A stretch of DNA of 57,616 bases from Vermamoeba vermiformis (Eukaryota). The position numbers and the translations under genes were made by a program. Positions within the stretch are counted from its first letter, which is position 1. Each line of letters begins with the position of its first letter. The notes beneath the pieces were generated by a model. It saw only the letters and a list, made by a program, of their open reading frames with translations. It did not search any database and was not told where the DNA came from. Below, in pieces: positions 40,736 to 51,874 of this stretch. The DNA is taken from assembly GCA_045837725.1 (NCBI GenBank), contig JBEWZL010000203.1, forward strand, positions 62,001 to 119,616, read 5' to 3'.

Positions 40736-42745
40736 ATGTCTACACCCTTTGGTAAGTCAAGATCTACAACCACGTACCTAAGTGCACTTGCTAACACCTA
40801 TTTAGTATTTATTTGCACTCTCGTGTGTTTGTCAATTATCGGAGGTAAGAACAATACACGGCCACAATGGTTTTGCCCTGGTGGATCAGGAGATCTTTAA
40901 ATATTCAATTGGCTTCTGAAATTTTAGTAAAAACGCGAATAATATTATTAATTGTTTGTCGCAGATATTCGTGCTCAGAAGGTCGGATGCAAGAGGTAAC
41001 AATTTTTCAATCCACCAACTTGTGTTGCTAACTCTATTTTAAAGCCCTGATTTTTTTGTCGTCGAATCTATGCCTCAATACGTAAATCTTACCACTCAAT
41101 ATTCAACCTACGATTCTTGGATGTCGCTGATCGGAAGTGCTCGAAAATCAATCGACATCGCTTCATTCTATTGGAATATGGAAGAGGGGAAATTATATCC
41201 CAATAACGGTAAGGCTCTTTCGTGCGAAAGTTATATAATGGGACAAAACTGACGGGACTGGATCATAGATGGTTGGATGGGCACGAACTTTTTGGGCGCT
41301 CTGATTCAAGCAAATGCAAACCGTGGCGTTCAAATTCGTATTGTGCAGGTCAGTTCTTTATTCGGCTAATTAGGGAGCTAACATCAATGCAGAACGAGCC
41401 GACCCAATATTTCCCTGACACCGATACCCAGCTCTTAGCGCGAACCGTAAGTATTGCAATGCAATACTAGGGCATTATATTAACTTGCGTGATTGACAAG
41501 GGCGTTGCGAGCGTCAAGTCTATCCCTTGGTCGAAGTTTTTCGATGGCAAAGGCATTCTGCACACCAAGTTTTTCATCGTCGATAAAACGCGTAAGTAAC
41601 ATTCGTGCATCGTTCGTATGGAGACTTGATCTAACTGTTCTTGCAGATATTTATTTAGGAAGCGCCAATATGGGTAGGTGACCCGCATGTCTCAAATTGG
41701 CACACTCTTTAACTTTACTCTAGATTGGTCCTCCCTCGCGCAAGTGAAAGAGATTGGTGTTGTCATCCAGAACTGCTCGACTACTGCTCTGGATCTGGGT
41801 CAAATCTTCGAAATTTACTGGCGTGCTTCTGATATGAGCAGCTTGCCCAAGCATTGGCCCTCAAGGTACGTGATCCTCTTGACAATTAAATTGAAACTAA
41901 TCCGCGTGCATTGCAGCTTGGACACAATGTTCAACGTTACGAATCCATTCATGGTTCAATTCAACCAGCAGTCCTCACCAACGAGCCTGTATCTTGCCTC
42001 ATCACCCTATCAATTCTGCTCTGACTCTCGTACGAACGACATTGACAGCCTGTTGACCGTCATCTCGACTGCACAACGGTGAGTGTATTACAATGAATTA
42101 TCGCGAAGATGATTACTCACGTGCTATTTTGAGTAGGAGTATTCAAATTTCAGTCATGGATTACTCCCCTACGTTTTTGTACAACAATCCCACTTCATAT
42201 TGGCCAATTATTGACGACCAACTGCGATCCGCCGCGATCAGGTGCGTCACAACAAGTTAACCTCCTATGAGCTAATCATTATGTAGAGGCGTGCATATCC
42301 AATTGATGTTTAGTCTGTGGAACCATACAGTTTCTTCTTCGTTCCAGTACATGCGTTCGTTAGATGCGCTGACAAATATCGAGGTCAAGCTCTTCCAAAT
42401 CCCAGGTATGAAAAATCTACACTTTAGTATACCCTGCTTTGCTAATTGGATTCGCTAGAATTGAATCCGCCAATTCCTTTCACACGCGTAAACCACGCCA
42501 AGTACATGGTTACCGAGAACAGGGTTTACGTAGGAACCTCTAATTGGTACGCAATTCTATCGTAGCTCATAATGAAACGAGGAACTAATTGCGTTGTTTA
42601 AAGGTCTGCTGACTACTTTATCAACACTGGTGGAGTTAGTATTGCCATGCAGAACGCGCAGATCGTGCAACAGTTCCAAAATATTTTTGATCGAGATTGG
42701 AATTCTCAATACGCTTACTTCCTTAATACAACAAATTATCATTAA
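40736..42745 (+). CDS. PLD3: Phospholipase D3/D4-like protein
   Basis: [12 protein letters not shown] motif [19 protein letters not shown], second motif [10 protein letters not shown] and YVGTSNWSADYF. Confidence 0.92.
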
Positions 42746-42876
42746 TAAAGCAATGTAATTGTGCGATCTGAAGGCACGTGACCAATTCGCCATTTTTCGT
42801 GAATGAATTTACTACTCTGGTTCTTTCCCGAGTTCATTTTGTTTAATTTTTCATAGATAAGTAACGGTATATCAAA

Positions 42877-44974
42877 ATGTCTTATCAATATCAACCCGTT
42901 GGGGCAGCAAATCCTCAAGTTCCTCAGCCGGTCTTGTACGCACCCGGTCCTACTTCTGCAGCTCCTGCTGCTCAGCCTCAGTATGCTTATGGAACAGTAG
43001 ACGTACCTATTTCTGGTCCTGTGATTCAACAACGATTTGAGCCTGTTTCATCTTATCGCGATCCTGCTTTTATTGTTTTATTTGTCCTGCATTTGATTGG
43101 TTTGGGTAAGAATTAATATAGCAAGAATAATTATTCTTATATCTATCTAACTCGAATAGTAATTATTTGAGAACCTTAATTTAATTTCGATTTTTCGCAG
43201 TGAAACAAATCATTAGATCCGTATTAAATAATAATGTAGTCGTGCGCTTAAAGCGTGCAATCATAGTTATTAATAATATTAATATTACCAGCTTTGAAGG
43301 TTATTTATTGCAATTACTCATATTGACACAATACTTTCTTATCTATAGTCTAAAATTGCATGCATTAACGAGGATATTGTAGGCGTTATTTTTGCCTTAA
43401 GTTTAACCCGCCCTTATCTCGATCCCAACCAAAGATTAATTTCCGATCTTGACGACAACGAATTATGGCCTGTGATCAAAACTATCGCTGTCTTGGTCGG
43501 TTCTGGCATTGGCATGAGCGTTATTTGGCTCAATTTGATGAATGCTTTCCCTTACTCGATGATTTACGTTGGTCTTGTCGGTAAGAATCGCGTCACGATC
43601 TAGACGCCCTGTAGTTTCTTAATTAACATTGCTGTGAATTAGGCAACCTTGTATTGTTTACTCTCGCTGGCGTCTATTCATTCATGTACAGTACGTAGCT
43701 ATACTCACTTATTGATGATTGTTCAACCACTCACATCCGCGCTTCAGACAACATTTGGGGTGGCATTATTTGCCTCATCTTCGTGCTCTGGTGGGTTTTC
43801 TTCTGGATCTCAGTTCGTGCACGCATTCCTTTCGCAGCTGAAGTTCTTCGCACCGTTACCACGGTCGCTAAGATGTACCCTGGCACGCAGTTCACCGCGT
43901 ACATCTCCTTGCTCGTTCTCGTAAGTATCCAAGCTTCTCATGATAGTACAGCTATTAACTAGTGATTAGATTGTATGGCAAGCCTTCTGGTCTTACACTG
44001 CGATGAAGAGTCAATTCGTGTTCGAGAAGAACGTGTACTCGGGCTTGATTGTTTTCTTCTTGTTCTCGTTCTACTGGGTTGCTCAAGGTACCTACTAATT
44101 GTTTCGTAATACGTCCTCTATTCGTTGGCTCACAATGCTTGTCTGTAGTCATTAAGAACACCGTGCACGTCACTGTTTCTGGTTTGTTCGCCACGTGGTA
44201 CTTCATGAGCGGTACTGTTGGAGTTCCTCCTCACCCCACTGCTGGTTCATTCAAGCGGTATGTGTTCTACATTTAGAATAATTGGTTCGTGGTTTAATAA
44301 CAAAGTTGTGCAGTGCCATCACCACATCGTTTGGTTCAATCTGCTTGGGTAGTATGATTGTGGCTGCTATCCAAACTCTTCGTGCTCTCGTTCGATCCCT
44401 TCGTGGTCGAAACAATCTCCTTGCTGCCATCGCTGACTGCATTCTTGGTTGCATTGACGGTCTTGTTCAATATTTTAACGTAAGTTGTAACGTGTTCGTG
44501 TCAATACCTGACTAATCGATGCTCGCGAAGCACTATGCTTTTATCCAAGTCGCCATCTACGGCAAGACTTTCTGCGCTGCTGCCAAGTCCACTTGGAGCT
44601 TGATTCAAGACGCCGGCATTGAAGCCATTATCAACGACAACTTGATTGGTGGTGTACTCACTTCGGGTTGCTTCATTGGTGCTATTGCTACTGGTATTAT
44701 TGGTGCTGTTGTTGGTGGTATTTTTGTTGGTGGAGAAAGCGGTTGGATCCTTGGTGTCTCTCTTGGTGTTATTGTAAGTTTCACTGTTTGTAAGTTAGTA
44801 ATGGTACTAACTACTTCACTCCAGATTGGATTTGTAATGTTGATCTTGGCTATGCAAGTCATTGATAGTGGTGTTTCTACTATTTTTGTGTGCTTTGCTG
44901 AGGACCGTGAAGCTTTGCGTCGCAACCAACCTGAGTTGTATGAGCGCCTTAGAGTCACTTATAACTTGTATTAA
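42877..44974 (+). CDS. Choline transporter-like (CTL/SLC44, PNS1-like) membrane protein
   Basis: Multiple TM segments; TTSFGSICLGS, YFNHYAFIQVAIYGK.FC.AAK.TW.L and STIFVCFAED. Confidence 0.92.
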
Positions 44975-45010
44975 ATTGCCTTGATGTTTATAGTAAAGTT
45001 ATCATTATTA

Positions 45011-46250
45011 TCATTTGTCTTCAATCCTTGGTAGCTTTGAATGGTAAATTGGTAAATGAGCATGATTAACTTGGTTCTTGTTGTGATTCTGCACATTTGT
45101 ACTTTCTGCACCATCACTGTCATTGACTTTAATGGCTGAGAGCTTGGCTGCAAGGTCACAATTAGTGTTGCATTGGGTCAACTTTGGCACTTGATTGCTT
45201 TGATTTCTCAGGTTGATTCTATGAAGGGTGAGCTCTTGATGGCGAACCCAGCTGCACACCTTTGCTACACCAACCAAAGGAGTTTGTGCTGGGTCACTGA
45301 AGATTTTTTTTTGAAGGGCACCCAATGGAAATTTTAAGGGGAGATTAGCAGAGCTACTGTATATGGTGAAGTGCAGTGCTGTCTATTGTGGATGGGCACA
45401 TCAAGGCAGTATGCTTAAAAATTGCACAGATTTGTCAACTCAATCAAAAATTGGTTTGTCCTTAAATACACATTAGCCATCATTTGTTGGGTGTGAAGAG
45501 GCTTGCAAATTTGCTTTACCCATTGTTGTTGTGCCATTGATTAATAAATTTTGTGGTTACTACATTGTGATTAAATTGCAAAATTTGGCAGCTCCCTTAA
45601 CCTCCCAGCCATATTTTGGCTTGTAAATTATTTTTGAACTTAGACAATAAACAAAGAGATGCTCAAGCCCAACTTTGTGCATTCTCTAAAGTGCAGTCCT
45701 CAAGCTTCTTTATGCTTGTTCACTCCCCTCAGGTGCTTCAATCTGATCTCCAATCCTCTCTCCATCATAGTTGTTGTCCATTGAATTAGAAACAAATATG
45801 AGTGAGCAAAAAACAAATCTTGGTGATTTTTGGTAGATGACATTTTCTTAAACGTTCTTTTTATACATATATTGCACTTTAAGACTATACCTAACATTTT
45901 CTTTGTTTACACATGTAAAAACATTCCACAACCATTTTCTCAATCCAACCAAGTAAATGCTGGCATTACCCTTGGTGGTAACAATGTGACAGCATTTGGT
46001 AAGGCTTTTTGAGTAACTCACCATTTGTTCTCGCTCCTTATCTCGGTTCTCTGTGGTAAAGTTGATGAAATTACATGTCTTGCTCTTTACAAGTAATAAC
46101 AAGGTATATTTATTTAAAAAACAAGCCTTATCTCTGAGACAAAATAAAACTGCACCCAAATCAAGCAAATTACCATTGCTCAGTCACCTCCATTTTTTCA
46201 GGAGCCAGCTGCTCTACTTGAGCATTATATAGCCTTTTAGGGCTTAGGGG
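45011..46250 (-). pseudogene. CpG-depleted degraded gene-like fragment of unknown family
   Basis: Minus-strand splice-like sites and short ORFs (for example 45011-45325) that do not join into a clean frame. Confidence 0.3.
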
Positions 46251-46324
46251 TCTTAGGGCAAATAAAGAAGAAAACATATCCTTAAAATTTTGCTTTATTT
46301 TTGCAGCTACAACCCAGCTGCTAG

Positions 46325-46457
46325 GCATGGCAATAGGTTACAGAGGCCCAGAGCGTGACCAACAGGTCACAAGGACTGAGTGCGTGACCAACAGGTCACA
46401 AGGACTGAGTGCGTGACCAGCAGGTCACAGAGGGCCGAGAGCGTGACCAGCAGGTCA
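46325..46457. repeat. 29-30 bp tandem repeat, 4 copies plus 1 degenerate, each with the palindrome GTGACC-N4-GGTCA(C)
   Basis: GCGTGACC begins at 46353, 46382, 46411 and 46441. Confidence 0.95.
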
Positions 46458-46471
46458 TTTAATACTGACAT

Positions 46472-46513
46472 ATTCATATATGTAAGTGGGCTTGCCCATA
46501 TAGGGCTAGCCCT
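46472..46513 (+). repeat. Left copy of a 42-bp imperfect direct repeat ending in the palindrome AGGGCTAGCCCT
   Basis: 33/42 identical, ungapped, to 50841-50882. Confidence 0.9.
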
Positions 46514-46775
46514 GACACCCCCTCAAAAAAATAAAGAATATTCGACCCCAATCATTTTTTACTTAAGCAAAATTTTACTTTGGAAAATTATCCGCAGGAA
46601 AAATAAGAAGTCTCACCCTGGGTGACTCTCAAAAAAAACTAAGTCCTGCAGGTCGTCTCCACGTGGAGACGATCTCATTTAATATGACCTAAATGACTGA
46701 TGTTAGGCATTAGGGATACAATTCCTATCACTAATAAACATTGATACTATATTAAATACGGGAGGGTCCATTACT

Positions 46776-47470
46776 GATCCTGAGCGAGACTCGCTAAGGA
46801 TGGGAAAAAGAAAAAAAGAAGGGGGGTTCAGGGGGCGGAGCCCCCTGATAAGTCATTCGTTCAACATTTTTTCATCCCGAGCGAGACTTGCTAAGGATGA
46901 ACCTTAACTCTTCTTGGTATTCATGTAGAATAATGCGAGACATCCCGAGCGAGACTCGTCTGGGATAGAAATTAATTAACCCTATAACCTGACGAACAAA
47001 TTGTTAGTTCCATCCCTGGCGAGACTCGCTCGGGATAGAATCCAATAACTTAAGGTGCATTATAATATAATTTTCAACCATTCAATCCTTAAAACCCAGC
47101 TGCTCCTCTCATCCCAAGCGAGACTCGCTCGGGATGGAAATTGAAACGTACGGGGTGCGAAAACTGTAATTTTACATCAGAATATGAAATTGCCTCCCAA
47201 AATTAGCAAGGGAGGAAAATCTATAAAATTTCCGTTCGGTTTTTTTTTCATTTTACTTTCACTTACCACACACACCACCACAACTCAACACCGTAACTTT
47301 GTTTTTTTTTATAACAAAAATGAGCAATAATTCCAAAGGTACCCCCTCTGGTCGCCAAACCCGAAGCTCCTCGACGACTACAGCAAGGAGCCCCGGGATA
47401 AGCTCACGGTAAGTAAAGTTTTATTGAAATTTATTTCCGAAGTCATCCCGAGCGAGACTCGCCTGGGATG
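46776..47470. repeat. Six interspaced 27-bp palindromes (consensus CATCCCGAGCGAG-A-CTCGCTCGGGATG) with unique spacers
   Basis: Copies at 46776, 46873, 46941, 47011, 47110 and 47444; spacers of 70, 41, 43, 72 and 307 bp. Confidence 0.95.
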
Positions 47471-48779
47471 GATTAAACAATCTCTATTTTTGAAATTGAA
47501 TTATGTTTACCATAGATTTTTTTTAAAGAATTCATCCTGTATACAATGGGATCTTCGGCGCTGTCCGAGGCCGCTAGGCCGAGGGCAGCGCGTCTCAAAA
47601 TTTGCCCAAATACACTTCAGAGGAGGCTAATTATGCCCAAATTATCAAAAACAATGAGAAAGTTGAGGTAAGTCCGAAATAATTTTGCGAAAATTTGGGT
47701 GCCGATGACAACAACTGATGAGAGGGCTGATGACAATGCTGATGACAGGCTTTGGTAGAAAAAGATGATCAGAATAATAAAATAATAGCTTTAATACATG
47801 TAAATATGCTGTTACAAGCTTAAAAATTGATTTTGGAAAGGATTCGGCAAAGTGCGAAAAAAATTAAAATATTCGAATTGCGCAATTGATGCACTGCTTG
47901 TAAAAAAGGTTCAAAATATGAACAAAGAGAATGAAAATGACTGAAAAAGGTGACAAATTTAATAAAATAGCACATCTGCAAATTTGCAGATTTGGTTGCA
48001 GAAGGTGCAATTTAGCTGGTTTATTTGATACCAGTTAGCAGGCAGGCTGTAAGACTGCCTGCAATCAGAGGGAAATGGTATAATTGCATTGATACAATTG
48101 TATTTAAAGTGTTTGTGGAGGCTGTAATAGTTTAGAGGCAGGGATGAAGGCCCTGCCTCCCCTCAAGAAGTGCAAGCAACAGGCACTGACTGGCTCTGCA
48201 AATATTTGGCAAAAATTCAATTGAATAAGATCAAGGCAGGACGTAGTACTGCCTTCAAACAAGGGAAACAGGTGGTAGAACTGAAATAAATGAAGTTTGC
48301 AGAGAGTTGGTACTCTTTTTTAGAAACCTGTTTTGCAAGCAATGGAAATGTATGGGCAACCCTGGTGCGGACCTTCAGAATATGCTCTAATAGGTAGTAG
48401 GTGGTGGCTACTAATTATTTCAGTTGGTATTTCAAGTTAGCAAGCGTGTTACCCATACTTCACCAATGCTGCCAATGTTAGGACTCAAGTTGTTTGATAA
48501 ACAGCCTCCAAGCAGTATTTTTTTTGGCAAACTGAAGTTAAAGTAGATTATTAGACATGTAGTAGCCTCACTATAATCATTAGATATCTTAAATCATAGG
48601 TACATATTCAAAACTTGCAATTCATGGAGTTTTTTCACTGGATCTGCTAAAATTTTGATGAAACATGCTATATATGATGTCCCTATAGTATATACTATTA
48701 GTATAGGATGTAAATATAATGGCCAAGCTCAAATGATACAAGAAGGATGCTAGGTGGTGCTTGTGTAGGCCACTGGAGC

Positions 48780-49025
48780 TGAAATGCAATCGATTGCAAT
48801 CGAATGCAATCAAATGAAATCGAATGAAATTTTGCATTGAGCAAGGCTGAACAGCTGTGAGTTTGGGCACTTTGGATTCCAGGCACCTTGTTTTACCTGT
48901 CTGGGTACCTAGAATACCTTGGGCACATGCTGGGCACCTAGGATTCCATAAGGAGAGGGGTACCCTGTTGGGCACCTAGGATTCCATGACTGGCTACCTA
49001 CTATTTTGGACACCTAGGATTCTGA
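48780..49025. repeat. 10-bp GAATGCAATC-like microarray followed by degenerate GGGCACCTAGGATTCC repeats
   Basis: About 5 copies of each, seen at 48781-48830 and 48863-49023. Confidence 0.85.
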
Positions 49026-49419
49026 GGATCTTGAATTCCAATAGCTGACAGAGTGGTTGGAGAGGGTACCACTCTCCTTAGGACTTAGGTGAAAAAAATA
49101 AATAAATAATTGCATACAGTGGGTTTTGAACCTGCTCCAGGTAAAAAGCATTTTAAACTGCCATATTCAAAAGCTTGCAATTGATGCAGCTACCTTAGTA
49201 GTTAACAGAATTGATGGCGGTTTGCTTTGTTAGGCTCCTAATATCATGTATTTTCATTACCAATCAAAAAAACTGGAGTTGTAGTTGAAAAGTTTTAATT
49301 CATGAAAAACTAGCTGTTACAAATCACAAAACAATTTTTTTTGTCTAAGTCATTTTGTTGTTTTTTTAAAAACACAGCACCACAAGGGAACCCTTTTTAA
49401 ATTTTAAATTGACACTATA

Positions 49420-50948
49420 ATGCAAAATACTTTCAAGGCCTTTGATAAGGATCAAATGACCAGAGAGTTTACTCACTGGCACTCTTTAAATCTTAGCTGC
49501 AAGGAAGTGGACTGCCCTCTATGCTACAAAGAGCTACAGTTCAAGTCAGTGCTGCCTCATATGAAGAACAACTGCTGCTCTGGTATTCTAAGGTACTCTC
49601 CAGCAACTAGGTACACTATCATTGAATTGTTCTCTGCTACAAATCCCAGGAATAGACCTAAGGTTCATAGCCATAGACCTACTGCTGAGGAGGAGTTAGG
49701 AGGGGAGATAACTAATGTTTTCTCATTCAAATTTGAGGGCACTAAGCTGCTCTACAAAGTAGAAGTCAGGTTCAAAGAGGTCTTTTGGATGGAGAATGCT
49801 CTGCTCAAGAAGTCAACAGAAGGAAGAAAATGGATTCAAAGAGTCAACAGGTGGAGAAAGAGAGGAGAAATGAAGGAGTCTAAAGAACAGATTGAAGCAG
49901 CAGAAGTAATTAGAACAGACCCAATGAACATGAGAAGAATTCCAAAGCCAATGGCTCAACAGATTGATGAAGAGATTGAAGAATACCACATTCAACAAGC
50001 TCTTGAGCAACCAGTTGAAGAAGAGAGAGTGAATAAGAAGAAAAAGAAGAAGAACCAAGTGATAAACTGGGCACTGATCAAATCAAAACTGATCAAGGCT
50101 AAGTACTGGGCTGATCTCATAAAAGAGATTGACTCAGAGTCAAATTATAATAATTCAAGGCTATTGTCATCTACTTTAGTCTCAATAATAAGTTTCTTGA
50201 TGAATGACTTGAAGGCAAAGTCATTTACTAAATTGACAGACCAATACCCAACTCCTGCAAAGTTCTTTCAATCTCTTGATATTAATAAGCTGTTCTTTTT
50301 AACTTTAGTCAAAAGAAGAACAAGAAAGGGAAAGAAGATGGCATCAACAGTTTGCTCAAACATTAGCAGTGTCCTTAAACTACTTAAAATGGTTAAACTA
50401 AATGAAATTGGTTACATTAGGTTAAAACAGTTCAAAGCAGTTAAGAAGTTCTACCTTAATCAAAGGAAGAAAGCAAAAAAGGCAGCCAATGACTTGAAGA
50501 AATACTCAATGAGAATGTCAGTGATGATGGCTGAAGGCAAACTTTGTCCAGAAGAGAGCTTTGCAGCTATATCAGAATTCTCAAAGGAAACAATGCAAGA
50601 GATCGTCAAGTCAAAAGTTCACTTCAGAAAGAATACCATGGTCACAAAAACAAGTGAGTTAATTTTGAATATAAGTAATCAACTAGAACAAAATATCTAA
50701 CTTAACCACTGCTTCAATTAGAGCCACTAAAGCTTCAGAAATGTGAGCAATATCAGCTTTGTTTAATGTGGTCTGTTGGTCTTTCAATTGGCATGCCAAG
50801 AACTAGCTTCTTTCCCAAGATGGTTCTTAATGACACTTTGATTCATATATACTACAGGGCTTGGCCGAACAGGGCTAGCCCTAAAAACTACTCCAAAAGT
50901 AATAAAAACTATTCAAAAAGTGGCATAACAAGGGACACCAAGCACTAA
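49420..50948 (+). CDS. Zn-finger + chromo-like + putative truncated tyrosine recombinase protein
   Basis: Exons 49420-50653 and 50722-50948 splice in frame. It contains CPLC...H...C, a chromo-like segment EITNVFSFKFEGTKLLYKVE...FWMENALL, a helical basic region, and YQLCLMW...GMPRTS resembling YR box I. No HxxR or catalytic Tyr region is seen. Confidence 0.55.
50841..50882 (+). repeat. Right copy of the 42-bp direct repeat, inside the 3' end of the ORF
   Basis: ATTCATATATACTACAGGGCTTGGCCGAACAGGGCTAGCCCT. Confidence 0.9.
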
Positions 50949-51125
50949 CGGAGTTGCCAATTGCTAATGAGGGTCGCCGATCACTTATGAGGGTCGCCGA
51001 TCGCTAATGAGGGTCGCCGATCGCTAACGAGGGTCGCCGATCGCTAACGAGGGTCGCCGATCGCTAACGAGGGTCGCCGATCGCTAACGAGGGTCGCCGA
51101 TCGCTAACGAGGGTTGCCGATTGCT
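50945..51125. repeat. 20-bp minisatellite CTAACGAGGGTCGCCGATCG, 8 copies plus 1 degenerate
   Basis: GGGTYGCCGA recurs every 20 bp from 50971 to 51111. Confidence 0.97.
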
Positions 51126-51269
51126 CACCAAGTGCTAACAAGAGTCACTAATGGGTGTGAACATGATAAATAGTTTAAATCACTTTATTAATTGAATGTT
51201 ACAATTTTACAAACCTGAAAATAAAGAGTTAGAATAAAATAAGTTGAAAAAATAAAGTAATATATAAGA

Positions 51270-51865
51270 TTGGGAGATGATGTAAAAAAATCTCATTTGT
51301 TAATGCAAGGTTGCCTCCAGTGGCAGATGATCTACTAAAACTTTAAGTTGTTGGTTGTCTCCACTGTGGAGATGGAGACGATCTACAAAAAAAAAACTAA
51401 GTCCCAGGAGGTTGTCTCCACTGCGGAGACGATCTACTAAAAAAACAAAGTTGTTGGAGGTCGTCTCCACGTGGAGACGATCTGCTAAAAAACAAAGTCC
51501 TAGGAAGTTGTCTCCACGGAGACGATGCCAGAAAAAAACCAAGTCCTAGGAGGTCGTCTCCACCGTGGAGACGATGTAAAAAAAATCTAAGTACAAACTT
51601 TGTGACCGCTCTGGTCACGAACTAAAAAATTAAAGTCGTGCAAGATTGTCTCCAGTGGGAGACGATCTACTAAAACACTAAGTTGTAGGAGGTTGTCTCC
51701 ACCGTGGAGACGATCTACAAAAAACACTAAGTCCTAGAGGTCGTCTCCACCGCGGAGACGATCTACTAAAAAAACAAAGTCGTAGGAGGTCGTCTCCACG
51801 TGGAGACGATGTCTGAAAAAAACAAAGTCCAACAGTCGTCTCCTTGAGGACGAGTCAGCAAAAAC
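51270..51865. repeat. ~50-bp satellite with palindrome TCGTCTCC-(ACGT)-GGAGACGA and an A-tract, about 11 copies
   Basis: Directly visible. A higher-order duplication of about 335 bp (51305 vs 51640) is present, with a solo copy at 46652-46675. Confidence 0.95.
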
Positions 51866-51874
51866 TAAACTAAC

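Larger units (their letters stand above)
46325..51870. mobile_element. Putative tyrosine-recombinase mobile element or nested elements with repeat-rich flanks
   Basis: Compositional break (CpG loss), a long ORF with YR-like end, 42-bp direct repeats, and palindrome families shared between the left and right flanks. Boundaries are approximate. Confidence 0.55.

Noticed and set aside
125-44958. Numerous antisense or overlapping ORFs in the ORF track (for example 5633-5968, 19869-20255, 44605-44958)
   Set aside because: Shadows of real exons on the opposite strand or in another frame, with no motifs of their own.
46776-47470. True CRISPR array
   Set aside because: Eukaryotic context, no cas genes, very unequal spacer lengths and fully palindromic repeats. 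Kept as a repeat-spacer array only.
49105-49200. tRNA or SINE on the minus strand (GGTTCAAAACCC B-box-like)
   Set aside because: The T-stem and acceptor stem do not pair and no cloverleaf can be drawn.
51300-51618. Short ORFs with repeated SPRRR/GDDL peptides
   Set aside because: Artefacts of translating the satellite.
46325-51870. DIRS retrotransposon, Helitron or Polinton assignment
   Set aside because: No RT/RNaseH, Rep/helicase, PolB or capsid sequence is recognisable, and no long terminal inverted repeats were found.
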